This document shows, in pieces, positions 9,654 through 18,859 of a stretch of DNA of 53,935 nt. The notes below the pieces were generated by a model that was not told the origin of the DNA, did not search any database, and worked only from the letters and a program-made list of their open reading frames with translations. Source of the stretch: Candidatus Hydrogenedentota bacterium (GTDB taxonomy: Bacteria; Hydrogenedentota; Hydrogenedentia; Hydrogenedentales; GCA-2746185); the NCBI GenBank assembly GCA_046583315.1, contig JAYGCN010000317.1, positions 1 through 53,935 of the forward strand, read 5' to 3'. The translations under genes and the position numbers were made by a program. Every line of letters begins with the position of its first letter. The first letter of the stretch is position 1.

Positions 9654-10578
9654 TCATGTTACGCCCAGCGATTCTTCCCATTCCGTAAACGTGGCGTCAA
9701 GCCTCTCTACCAAATCGTCCACTTGTTCGTGGGTGATGCATAGGGGCGGGAACATGAAGAGCGGCAGCCCGCGTTTTAGTGACGGAAGTCGGCGGTTGCC
9801 ATAGAGGGTTGAATAGAAGGACAGGCCATTGGCGAGTGCAATGGCCTGAAGTTTTGTTTCGGCTTGGGTTTTGGAACCGAAGAATTCATCGGTGTCTTTG
9901 TTCTGGACCAATTTCGCGACGCGCATCAGGCCTTTGCCACGCACGTTGGTCAGGGTTGGGTGACCGAGCAATTCGTCGCATTTTTCCTGTAAGTTCGGGC
10001 CTACCGTGGCGCAGTTTTCGAGCAGTCCATCTTCTTTGATAATTTCGATGACTTTCAGAGAAATAGCGGCGCCGACGGGGTGGCCCGCGTTGGTGAATCC
10101 GTGGACGAATGCGGTGCCTTTTTCGAAGGGTTCGTTTACTTTGTCGCTGACGGCCATGGCTCCCATGGGGGCGTATAGGCTGGACATGCCTTTGCCCATA
10201 GTCATGATGTCGGGTTCAATGCCGTGGTGTTCGATGCAAAACCATTTTCCAGTGCGCCCGAATCCGGTGACGACCTCGTCGTCGATGAACAACACGTTGT
10301 TCTCGTCACAAATATTGCGAATGGCTTGCCAGTACGCGGGTGGCGGAACAACCCCATAGTCAGACCCGGAACCGACCGGCGTGGCGATGTAGGCGGCGAC
10401 GGTATCGACACCGGCATAGTGGAATGGTCTTCGCGAGATCCTCGGCGCACCTGACGGCCCATTCTGTTTCGCTCATGCCATCGGGGATGTTGTGTGTCGT
10501 GTACTGCTGCACCTTCGGCCATTGAGGCAGCATTGGATCGAACTGGCGCTGCGAGGAGGGATTGCCGGACAGCGCCAT
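9654..10578 (-). pseudogene. Class III aminotransferase, 5'-truncated and frameshifted
   Basis: LFIDDEVVTGFGRTG and the PLP lysine motif IMTMGKGMS. The frame extends upstream through HYAGVDTVAAYIATPVGSG; an extra C near 10421 shifts to MALSGNPSSQRQFDPMLPQWP...EDLAKTI. The N-terminal third is absent. Confidence 0.85.
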
Positions 10579-10671
10579 ACGATCTATTAAATGCAAGGCA
10601 CAGTGATGGATTTGCGCTTGGAATTGGAAGATTGTTCGATTATCTGTATTTCGCCGGAATTTGATCATTCA

Positions 10672-12057
10672 TCAGGAAAAGAGGGGTATTATGAGAAGTA
10701 CGAAGAAGGTCGCGAGTACGAGTTGAACCATGGCCAAGGGGAAGGAGAGTTTGACGAAGCGCACGAAAGTCATGCCGAGCTTATTTTTCTGCATCACGGT
10801 GACGGCGACGACGGTTGAGGCTGAACCGATGGGGGTGAGGTTGCCGCCGAGGTTTGCGCCGAATATGACGCTCCACCAGAGCGTGGAATCGGCAGGTGTC
10901 GCTCTGAGGTCGAGGACTTTGGTGAGCACCGCGGCTAGCGGGATGTTATCGGTGACGGAGCTGGCGATGGCGGAACACCAGAGGAGCCCGGCAGCTCCAA
11001 CGGTATCGCCAAGGCCGATGACGCTTTCGATTCCGGTGCCGATGAGCGCGAGTACCCGGGCGTGTTCCATGGTGTTGATGACGACGAAGAGGGTCATGAA
11101 AAACCAGATAAGGTCCCAGTCGAGACCTGAGTAGAATTCGTCGACTTCGTGTTTGTACGTCCAGAGCATCATGAGCGCGAAGCTGATCGCGATAAAGCCG
11201 AGGCCGAGATCTCTGAGGTAGGGTATATTGGCGCAGGTCGCGAAAAGTCCTATGAGGCACACGAATGACACGGCGCTGAAATAGAAGAATCTTTGACTTT
11301 TTATGCCGTCGTTTTCGTCGAAGCTTTCGACGCGTTTGGCGGCTTCGGCGCGTTCTTCCTCGGTCGCGAAACTGGTGACTTTGAAGAGGCGTTTGCCGAG
11401 CCAGATGGTCGCGATGGTGGCTACGACGACATAGGGCGCGCTCTTCATAAAGAATTCAATGAAGGATATTCCGGCTGTGCTGCCGATGATGATGTTGGGG
11501 ACGGAGGAGATGAGAGTGAGGAGTCCGCCGACGTTGGTGAGGGATCCCTCGATGATGAGAAAGCCCAGAAGTAGGGATGTACGATCTAATTTTTTCAGGG
11601 ACACGGTGGTGAGGGAGCCCACGATAATCATGGCGGTGACGTTGTTGAGAAATGCTGAGAAGACGACGGTGAGAATCCCGTAGCTGATGAGGAGTTTGAC
11701 GGGGTCGCCTTTTGAGGCTTTGGTGAGTTTGAGCGCAATCCATGTGAAGAGGCCGGAGCGGGAGGTGACATCGACGAAGAGGCTTGCACCGACGATGATG
11801 GCGATGACTTCCCATTCGATACCGATGATGTAGACGGGGATATGGATTTCTTCGCCGAATGCGTTGATGATGTGGCCTATCGGGAGCAGACCGAAGATGT
11901 CAGCGAGCAGCACGCACACGATAGCAAAGGTGCCTGTAATGAGGGATTTTTTAGCATGAATTTTTTCTTCGAGAGCCAGGGCCAATACCATTGCCGCGAG
12001 CAGACCCAGGAAGATCAGTGTTTTCCAGGTCTCGATATCGTGTGCGTGTTCTTCCAA
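10672..12057 (-). CDS. ArsB/NhaD (ion transporter superfamily) permease
   Basis: Multi-TM protein with SAFLNNVTAMII, SSVPNIII, SSVTDNIPLA and GANLGGNLTPIGSASTVV. TTG start with GGAGGA RBS. Confidence 0.9.
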   Translation of the reverse strand: MEEHAHDIETWKTLIFLGLLAAMVLALALEEKIHAKKSLITGTFAIVCVLLADIFGLLPIGHIINAFGEEIHIPVYIIGIEWEVIAIIVGASLFVDVTSRSGLFTWIALKLTKASKGDPVKLLISYGILTVVFSAFLNNVTAMIIVGSLTTVSLKKLDRTSLLLGFLIIEGSLTNVGGLLTLISSVPNIIIGSTAGISFIEFFMKSAPYVVVATIATIWLGKRLFKVTSFATEEERAEAAKRVESFDENDGIKSQRFFYFSAVSFVCLIGLFATCANIPYLRDLGLGFIAISFALMMLWTYKHEVDEFYSGLDWDLIWFFMTLFVVINTMEHARVLALIGTGIESVIGLGDTVGAAGLLWCSAIASSVTDNIPLAAVLTKVLDLRATPADSTLWWSVIFGANLGGNLTPIGSASTVVAVTVMQKNKLGMTFVRFVKLSFPLAMVQLVLATFFVLLIIPLFS

Positions 12058-12065
12058 AATTCCTC

Positions 12066-12923
12066 CTATAACAGCAGCAGCGGGCGGTCTTTGAATTCGA
12101 CGGCCATTGCGTAGGTTATGCCATTCATGGCAAGTTGGCCGGCTTCCCTGGTGTTCAGGATGAGCAGATCGACTTCATTTTCTTCTATTATGGATTCGTA
12201 GTCGGAGAGGGCTGTTCCGAATCGCACGGTTTCTTCGACCCGTAAATCGGGGTATTTGATATGCAGTTCAGCGCGGGCGCTTCCCACAAAGTCGTGCGGG
12301 AGTTTAAGGAGCGTGTCGCGGATGGTTTTCTCGGCAACTTCGGTATCGATTTCAGGAATGCGGCCGATAGCGTCGATGTAGTTGGCGAAGGCGTTGCCGT
12401 CTTCGATATGGGTCAGGTAGAGCGATCCGTCTGGTTCAGCAAAGCGAACGCCCCAGTTGATGAGGCGATCGTCCCCCGTGAGATGGTTGGTTTCGACCAT
12501 GACTTTTTTGGGAGTGTCAAAAGCCGCTTCGGGATGATCGTGTGCGCGGTTCGGCAGGAGCAGGACAGGCGCTTCAAGGACCTGAGTGAGCGCGTCAATG
12601 TAATTGGTCAACCCGTAAATCAGGTTGTCCTCGTGGTCGAGTTTCAGGTTCCGCTCGGCAATGACCAGGTCTGCGCCGACGTCTTTCAATTTGGAGAGTA
12701 AATCCGATACCGAGGAGAAATCGTCGCGCCCGAAAACCTCCCATCGCGGTTGGGGGTGGCCCGCGAGGGTCGGTGTGAGGTGTTGCACGCTGTTCAACAA
12801 CTCGGCCGAGGCGCCTTTATCGTGATCGCATACCAGCGCAATCAGGGCTAGGGAGATTTCCTGGTAGGCATAGGGCGTCTTAACGGCGCTATTGAATTGC
12901 GATTCAAACTCGTCTATGTGCAT
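12066..12923 (-). CDS. Universal stress protein-like (tandem USP-fold) protein, co-transcribed with the transporter
   Basis: Two USP-like ends (ADLVIA...APVLLLP and VDLLILNT...RPLLLL). Start ATG 12923 with AGGA RBS; 8 nt upstream of the transporter start. Confidence 0.6.
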   Translation of the reverse strand: MHIDEFESQFNSAVKTPYAYQEISLALIALVCDHDKGASAELLNSVQHLTPTLAGHPQPRWEVFGRDDFSSVSDLLSKLKDVGADLVIAERNLKLDHEDNLIYGLTNYIDALTQVLEAPVLLLPNRAHDHPEAAFDTPKKVMVETNHLTGDDRLINWGVRFAEPDGSLYLTHIEDGNAFANYIDAIGRIPEIDTEVAEKTIRDTLLKLPHDFVGSARAELHIKYPDLRVEETVRFGTALSDYESIIEENEVDLLILNTREAGQLAMNGITYAMAVEFKDRPLLLL

Positions 12924-13052
12924 TTCGATTCCTAAGGCGATAGGGGCGCGTATGCAGCCCATTACTCTTTGGGGTACCCGCCCTGAGCATCCGGCGAGAA
13001 TATCATGGAAGACAGTCTGGATCAACGCCGAATTCAACTTTGAATCCGGGCT

Positions 13053-14109
13053 TGAGGGTGTTATTTTTATAGCCGGGCGGGATTCAGTATGATACTAATT
13101 GTAGCTTGTGGCGGAAAGAGCATGAGCGAAGAAAAATAGCAATATAAAATTTTGGAACGATGTAGATTTGGAGGTCGATTCGTGATCTTAATCTCGAATT
13201 TGGCTCGGAGGGCACAACCCTCTTGTCGGTGGTTCTTTGAAAATTGAATGATAATGTAAACGGAACGAAGAACTACGCGGCATCTTGCTCTCGGTAATAA
13301 TCCTTGATGATGCCACCGAGCTGCTCTCGGCATTTGACCTTGCCTTTGAGCGTTGGCGTGAAGTCGATGTCGAGGATATTGTTGCCGATGTCCTTGCCCC
13401 GGTGTGGCCTTCGTGTGTTGTAATATTTTATCCAGACCGAATTGATGTGATGTAGATGATCCATGCTGAAGCAGAAGAAGTTGTTCAAGCATTCGCGTTT
13501 TAGCGTTCCAATGAAAGACTCACAGAAGGCATTTGCCTTGGGTGCTCGCACGAGTGTCTTCACGGTGCTCACGTCTTGGGCTATCCAGAACTGTTTCATC
13601 TCGCCGGGATATTTCCCGTCGCGATCACGGAGCAGGTATTTAATCTCTAAACCTTCGTCCTCCAGCCACATGGAAGCATTTCGGCATTGCTGAACGACCC
13701 AATCCCCGTTTGGATGAAGTGTGGGATACAAATGATAGACTCTTCGGCTACCAAGGTGAATGAACACAAGAACGTAGGCGGTGTAGGTTCCGTGCCAACA
13801 AACAATTTTCTTGGAGAAAAAGTCGCACGCGACAAGCGTGTCCATGTGCGCCTTGATAAAGTTTTTCCATGCGATGGTCGGCCGCCCATTATTGGAGACA
13901 GTGGGTAGACCCAGTTCATCTTGAATCATGATATTACGAACGGTCGTCTCGCCGATGAAGATACCGAGTTTCTTGAGTTCCCCGCAAATGCGGCGGTAGC
14001 TCCAGGTGTCGTTCTCTCCACAAATCCGATGAACGAGCCGTCGGATGGCCTCGGCGATGCGGCTACGCCCGGAGCGCTTGAAGGTTGCCTGTGCCTCGCA
14101 AATAATCAA
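13053..14109 (-). mobile_element. Decayed rve/integrase-core IS element, copy 1 (terminal motif plus 5'-truncated transposase)
   Basis: Terminal motif TGAGGGTGTTATTTTTATAGCCGGGCG at 13053, 220 bp beyond the transposase stop. The same motif and a similar 3' non-coding stretch recur with the remnant at 16965-17422. Confidence 0.75.
13273..14109 (-). pseudogene. rve-type DDE transposase (integrase core domain), probably N-terminally truncated
   Basis: GENDTWSYRRICGELKKLG, DDE motifs ACDFF / RDRDGKY / ESFIGTLKREC, and C-terminal REQLGGIIKDYYRE. It begins abruptly with a TTG and lacks the usual N-terminal region. Confidence 0.85.
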
Positions 14110-14289
14110 TTGAAGTTTTCGCTTTCGTCATGTAGGCTCTTCTGATGTCCAAATTTATCGAAACCTACCTCCGTTGGGTCTCTCAAAGGCTCGATTTAGT
14201 CGCTAATCTTACTGCAGAGAACCTTGCTCTTCACCACCAGCTTGTTGTGGCCAAGCGAAATCAAAAACGACCAAAATTGAGAGCGTAGG

Positions 14290-14384
14290 CGTGGGGTCAA
14301 AATGCTCGGCCTAACATCATTGCCTTCGGAGACGGACCTTATTCATAGGGTTTTTAGACGTAGGCCGAGTTTTTTGACCCTACG
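14290..14384. mobile_element. 95-bp MITE-like element with 24-bp terminal inverted repeats
   Basis: CGTGGGGTCAAAATGCTCGGCCTA (14290-14313) matches the reverse complement of 14361-14384 (CGTAGGGTCAAAAAACTCGGCCTA) at 21/24. No target duplication seen. Confidence 0.7.
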
Positions 14385-14427
14385 CGCACAACACGCCACA
14401 CCCACTCTGCAACCATCCAATCCCTGC

Positions 14428-14456
14428 TTGACAAACCCGACACGATGATCTACGAT
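14428..14456 (+). promoter_or_regulatory. Sigma70 promoter for the VOC gene
   Basis: TTGACA-17 nt-TACGAT, 82 bp upstream of ATG 14539. Confidence 0.6.
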
Positions 14457-14538
14457 TCGGCATGTGTCCCCCATAGCGCTGATCCACATACATCCTCTCA
14501 TAATATCGAAGCGCCGCCACCATAAAGGAACCTTCCAA

Positions 14539-15303
14539 ATGAAAAAACCGACCGCCCGCCTGCTCACACTCCTCACATGCCTCTACGCATCCAACATCAC
14601 CGCCCAAACCTGGGACCACACCCACCTCACCGTTACAGACACAAAAGCCGCATCCGTATGGTACGCAAAACACTTCGGAGGCGAAATCACCAAAAGCGGC
14701 CCCTTCGACGCGGTATGGTTCGGCACGAACCTCGTAAAATTCAAAAGCGGCGAAAACATCCTGCAAAGCACCGGCTCAATCGTCGATCACATCGCCTTCT
14801 CGCTCGAAGATGTAGATGCCAAAGCCACTGCCCTGGCGGAAGACGGTGCAAACGTGCCCGCCGCAAACCGCCGTAAACCGGGCTTCCGATACGCCATAGA
14901 CCCCTGGGGCACGAAAATCGAACTTTTTACCGATGAAGACCTCCTCGGCTTCCACCACGTACTGATCAAATCCACACGGCCCCGGGACACCATCGAATGG
15001 TACGGCGCAACATTCGGCGGTACCCCCGGCAAATACAAAGACACCATCAGCATATACGCGATCCGTTACGGCGACATGTACCTCTTCGTCCAAAAATCAC
15101 TGCGCCCGGTAGCCTCCACCAAAGGCCGATCGATCGATCACCTCGGCTGGCAATTCACAGACTTCGATGCCATCATCAAAAAACTGAAGGAACAAGGCAC
15201 AAAATTCCTCGTAGAACCCACAAAATCCGGAGATCACAGACTCGCTTTTATAGAATCTCCCGGCGGCGCGAAAATCGAAATCGTAGAAACCGTCACCAAA
15301 TAA
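14539..15303 (+). CDS. Secreted tandem VOC (glyoxalase-like) family protein
   Basis: Signal peptide MKKPTARLLTLLTCLYASNITA. Repeated VOC motifs WDHTHL, VDHIAF, DPWGTKIEL, FHHVLI, IDHLGW, SPGGAKIEI. AAGGAA RBS. Confidence 0.85.
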   Translation: MKKPTARLLTLLTCLYASNITAQTWDHTHLTVTDTKAASVWYAKHFGGEITKSGPFDAVWFGTNLVKFKSGENILQSTGSIVDHIAFSLEDVDAKATALAEDGANVPAANRRKPGFRYAIDPWGTKIELFTDEDLLGFHHVLIKSTRPRDTIEWYGATFGGTPGKYKDTISIYAIRYGDMYLFVQKSLRPVASTKGRSIDHLGWQFTDFDAIIKKLKEQGTKFLVEPTKSGDHRLAFIESPGGAKIEIVETVTK

Positions 15304-15304
15304 C

Positions 15305-15476
15305 TGAGGGTGTTATTTTTATAGCCGATGACTTTTGGTCAATGTTGGCAAGCTATTATCGAATTTTGGCCGAACTATCGAGTTGCCGATAACATAGCCG
15401 AATTCGTCTCAAAAATCAATCTATACGCTTGGATCGGCGCGTTTTCGATGTTTGGTTGAGTTTTTTTGACCCTACG
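15305..15476. mobile_element. 172-bp non-coding relic carrying two different IS ends
   Basis: Starts with an exact 23-bp copy of the 13053 end (TGAGGGTGTTATTTTTATAGCCG). Ends with GAGTTTTTTTGACCCTACG, equal to 14367-14384 apart from one extra T. Confidence 0.75.
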
Positions 15477-15669
15477 GGTTCTTGCGCAGAAAAACGGAGC
15501 ACAGGCTCGATTTTCCACTGGACGTGCAGGATAGCGTGTGTTATTCTGATTCACGTCTTGAAGAAGGAAATACGCTAGATCCACGTTCCATCGAGTGGAT
15601 GAAGCTATTGAGAGGTTCCTGGAATATCGTGGGAAGATCCGTGCACTAATCATTCAAGGAGATTGAGAC

Positions 15670-16929
15670 ATGAAACTGAAAACATCGTTCGGCCTGATAA
15701 TCGTGGCGGCGCTTGCTGGCGCTTTTGCCCTGCCTGCCGCGACCGAAGTCACGTTCACGAAGGACGTTCTTCCAATCCTTCAGGAAAACTGCCAAGATTG
15801 CCACCGTCCGAGCGGGCGCAACATGTCTGGCATGATTGCGCCGATGTCGTTCATGACATACCAAGAGGCGCGACCGTGGGCGAAGGCGATCGCGAGGGCG
15901 GTGTCGGAGAAAATCATGCCGCCTTGGAGGGCTTCCGATGCGACGCATGGTGTGTTCAAAAACGAGCGTACACTGACGCAGGATCAAATCGATACGATCG
16001 TCAGTTGGGTCGCGCAACGAGCACCGCGCGGTAATCCGAAGGACGCGCCGGAACCCGTTACCTTTCCAGAAGGCTGGTACATGGGTGAGCCCGATCTAGT
16101 GATTTCCTTTCCCAAACCTTTCTTCGTTCCGGATGATGCGCAAGACCTGTATCACAACGTAAGTTTCAAAATGACAAAAGAGCAGTTGCCTGAAGACGAA
16201 TGGGTCAGGGGTCTTGAGTTCATGCCTGGCAGCGAAGCGGTGCATCATGTGATTGCCTACACGAGGGCCGAAGGCACGGACGACCACCCTGGACGTCGCA
16301 CGCACCTGGGCGGGTTGGCACCCGGAACCGATGACGCGGATTATCCAGAGGGTTACGGGAAGCCTCTCTATGCGGATTCTACGTTTACGTTTGCGATGCA
16401 CTATCACAAAGAAGCCGGTCCTGGTACGGGTCAGTGGGACAACACCTCGGTTGCAGTAAAATTCCACGACCAGCCAGTAACGCATGAGATAACGACTTCG
16501 CCCGTTGCGCACGGCGCGTTCGAGATTCCGCCTAATCACGGGCATTGGAAGGTCGGCGGAGCGCGTACGTTCGATGAGGATATCGACTTGCTCGGCCTAA
16601 TGCCGCACACACATCTGCGAGGAGTTCATGCGAAGTATACGGCGTATTATCCCGATGGAACCTCCGAGCTTCTGCTGGAAGTGCCCCGCTACGACTTCAA
16701 TTGGCAGACATCCTACACGTTTAAAGACATCAAGAAGATTCCGGCCGGAACGCGGGTAGAGTGGGAAATCATCTACGACAACTCGCCTGAGAACGCTGCG
16801 TCAAACGGTTTCAACTCAGACCGTCCGGTAAGTTTCGGACGGCCAACGACCGACGAAATGGACCTCGGTTGGATGACCTATGCACCGTCGGCAGGCAACG
16901 TCGATATGGCGACCGTCGGCGACGATTAA
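15670..16929 (+). CDS. Secreted c-type cytochrome fused to a PHM/DBH-like copper monooxygenase domain
   Basis: Signal peptide, CQDCH heme motif and KIMPPW. AVHHVIA, AMHYH, MPHTHLRG and TTDEM match the CuH/CuM ligand pattern; YDFNWQ motif present. Confidence 0.8.
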   Translation: MKLKTSFGLIIVAALAGAFALPAATEVTFTKDVLPILQENCQDCHRPSGRNMSGMIAPMSFMTYQEARPWAKAIARAVSEKIMPPWRASDATHGVFKNERTLTQDQIDTIVSWVAQRAPRGNPKDAPEPVTFPEGWYMGEPDLVISFPKPFFVPDDAQDLYHNVSFKMTKEQLPEDEWVRGLEFMPGSEAVHHVIAYTRAEGTDDHPGRRTHLGGLAPGTDDADYPEGYGKPLYADSTFTFAMHYHKEAGPGTGQWDNTSVAVKFHDQPVTHEITTSPVAHGAFEIPPNHGHWKVGGARTFDEDIDLLGLMPHTHLRGVHAKYTAYYPDGTSELLLEVPRYDFNWQTSYTFKDIKKIPAGTRVEWEIIYDNSPENAASNGFNSDRPVSFGRPTTDEMDLGWMTYAPSAGNVDMATVGDD

Positions 16930-16964
16930 GCCACGACTGTAGAATCTGAAACAATAGATGAGGG

Positions 16965-17422
16965 TGACGGTGTTACAATTATTGTCGGGCGCTTTTCAGG
17001 TTGACTTTGAGCATATCGTATGGCGAAGGTAACACGATTGGCTACGATTGACAATGGAAATTTCGTGGTAATGACGTAGTCGAATGAAAAATGGAACGAA
17101 TTTAGACAGGAAGGCAAAGTTCTCCTGTTGCTAGTTCTTTGAATTTCGAATGAAGATGCGCGGCTTCGCGGTAGTAATCCCGAATGATGCCACCTAACTG
17201 CTCACGGCATTTCACTTCGCCTTTGAACGTCGGCGTGAAATTGGTATCGAGAACTTTGTTTCCGATGTCTACGCCCGGATACGGCTTTTGGGAGTTGTAG
17301 TAGCGAATCCATGTCGTGTTGATGTGGTGCAGATGGTCGATACTGAAGCAAAAGAAACTGTTCAGGCACTCACGCTTGAGCGTTCCGATGAATGATTCAC
17401 AAAAGGCATTGGCCTTTGGCGC
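16965..17422 (-). mobile_element. Decayed rve-type IS element, copy 2 (transposase 3' fragment plus terminal motif)
   Basis: 17422-17159 translates APKANAFCESFIGTLKRECLNSFFCFSIDHLHHINTTWIRYYNSQKP...REQLGGIIRDYYREAA, a close paralogue of 13273-14109 with the stop lost. The end motif TGACGGTGTTACAATTATTGTCGGGCG is 21/27 identical to 13053-13079. Confidence 0.85.
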
Positions 17423-17444
17423 AAGTATCCGGAATTACGATAAT

Positions 17445-17542
17445 ATTCCCTGATAATTTCCCTGTTAGCAGGGAATTGGTTTTCTGCTCAGGTGAGAATC
17501 AGTTCGATACGTTTCTATCCACCGCCGTTTTTCACGCTCACC
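17445..17542. repeat. tRNA-3'-end-like putative att site, copy B, with TTCCCTG/CAGGGAA arm
   Basis: ATTCCCTGATAATTTCCCTGTTAGCAGGGAATT (two direct and one inverted TTCCCTG), then TCAGGTGAGAATCAGTTCGATACGTTTCTATCCACCGCCG (17488-17527), a T-tract and CTCACC. Confidence 0.75.
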
Positions 17543-17626
17543 ATGCTCATTGTTGCTGGTTCTCATCTCCGACAGCGTCGGGAATGCGATGTAGATGTGT
17601 GTTCACAAAGATAGCAACATCACAGA

Positions 17627-18859
17627 CTAGAACTGGCTGATATCTCGACCAAAGATGAACGTGCGTATCCAGTCCACAACAACGAGCATCTTGTTCTTCC
17701 AGCTCATCAATTTCGTCAAATAGGCTGAGCGCCAGAATAGCCACGTCCCGAAACCCTTGCCTTGGACGTTTTTCGTATCGACTAATGCCTTGCGCTGTCC
17801 CACGTAGGCCATCATGCCACGGTGCTTGTATTTAAACGGGACGCTTGCAACTCCGTCCAGCGCTTTGTTCAATACTTTCGCAAGGTGAGCACCTTGCTGT
17901 TGTGCGACCTGGGCAGTTGGCGGCAAGGGATTCCCTTCGATTATTGCGCAATCGCCTACGGCGTAGATATTTTCAGAATTCAACACCAGAAATTTTTCAT
18001 CGACGACCAATCGACCGCTGTCTAACGAAAGCCCTGCATTTGCAACCACATTAGTAGGTCCATTGCCCGTGGACCACACCAGAAGACCAAAAGGGATCTC
18101 TTCGTCGTTCTCCAGAATCACAGCGTTTGCTTGAACTTTTTTGACGGCGGCATTCGTCCGAACGCGAATATGCTGGCGCGCGAAGTGACGGGTCGTATAC
18201 GAACTCAGACTGATATCGAAGGCCGAGAGAATATCCTCTTGGGCTTCCAGTAGCGTAATCTTCACATATGGCATCAACTCGGGAAACCATTTGCTCAAAT
18301 CTTGCCGGAGAAAGTCGTTCATTTCTGCGGCGAACTCAACGCCTGTTGGCCCTCCGCCCACTACGACAAAGTGCAGAAGCCAATCAAAGTCCTGCACCGG
18401 GCGACCAGGTTTACTAGCTCGTTCAAAGCATTGGATGATTTGATGCCGAATCTGATGGGCATCCGAGATCTCCTTTAAGAAATTGGCATGTTGCTCTACG
18501 CCTGGGATTCCAAAGGTGTTGCTCTTTGCGCCTACCGCAATAATCAGCGTGTCATATTCAACTTCAAAGGGCGTACGCTTGAATTTGCCTTCACAATATG
18601 CGACCGATTGTTCAGCATCAATACGCACACAAAATCCTTGATGGAATCGTATTCCTTTACGCGCTGTACGGATTGGTTCCATGATGCTGCGAAATTCGAC
18701 CGTACCTACTGTTGTACTCGGTAACAACGGCGTGAACAAGAAGTGATTGCGTGGACTTACGATCGTTACCTGATAGCGATCGACATCAATCTCCTTTATC
18801 AGACTGAAGGCAGCGAAGCCTGTACCGATAATTAGAAGTTTTGAGCGGGGTTCATTCAC
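17627..18859 (-). CDS. ndh: Type II NADH dehydrogenase (NDH-2)
   Basis: IIGTGFAA, PRNHFLFTPLLPSTTVGTVE, VVVGGGPTGVEFAAE, YAVGDCA, PPTAQVAQQQG, WLFWRSAYL. GTG start with GAGG RBS. Confidence 0.92.
   Translation of the reverse strand: MNEPRSKLLIIGTGFAAFSLIKEIDVDRYQVTIVSPRNHFLFTPLLPSTTVGTVEFRSIMEPIRTARKGIRFHQGFCVRIDAEQSVAYCEGKFKRTPFEVEYDTLIIAVGAKSNTFGIPGVEQHANFLKEISDAHQIRHQIIQCFERASKPGRPVQDFDWLLHFVVVGGGPTGVEFAAEMNDFLRQDLSKWFPELMPYVKITLLEAQEDILSAFDISLSSYTTRHFARQHIRVRTNAAVKKVQANAVILENDEEIPFGLLVWSTGNGPTNVVANAGLSLDSGRLVVDEKFLVLNSENIYAVGDCAIIEGNPLPPTAQVAQQQGAHLAKVLNKALDGVASVPFKYKHRGMMAYVGQRKALVDTKNVQGKGFGTWLFWRSAYLTKLMSWKNKMLVVVDWIRTFIFGRDISQF

Noticed and set aside
15345..15375. LASYYR as a fourth transposase tail remnant
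   Set aside because: The LGG motif is missing and the match is too short to distinguish from chance.
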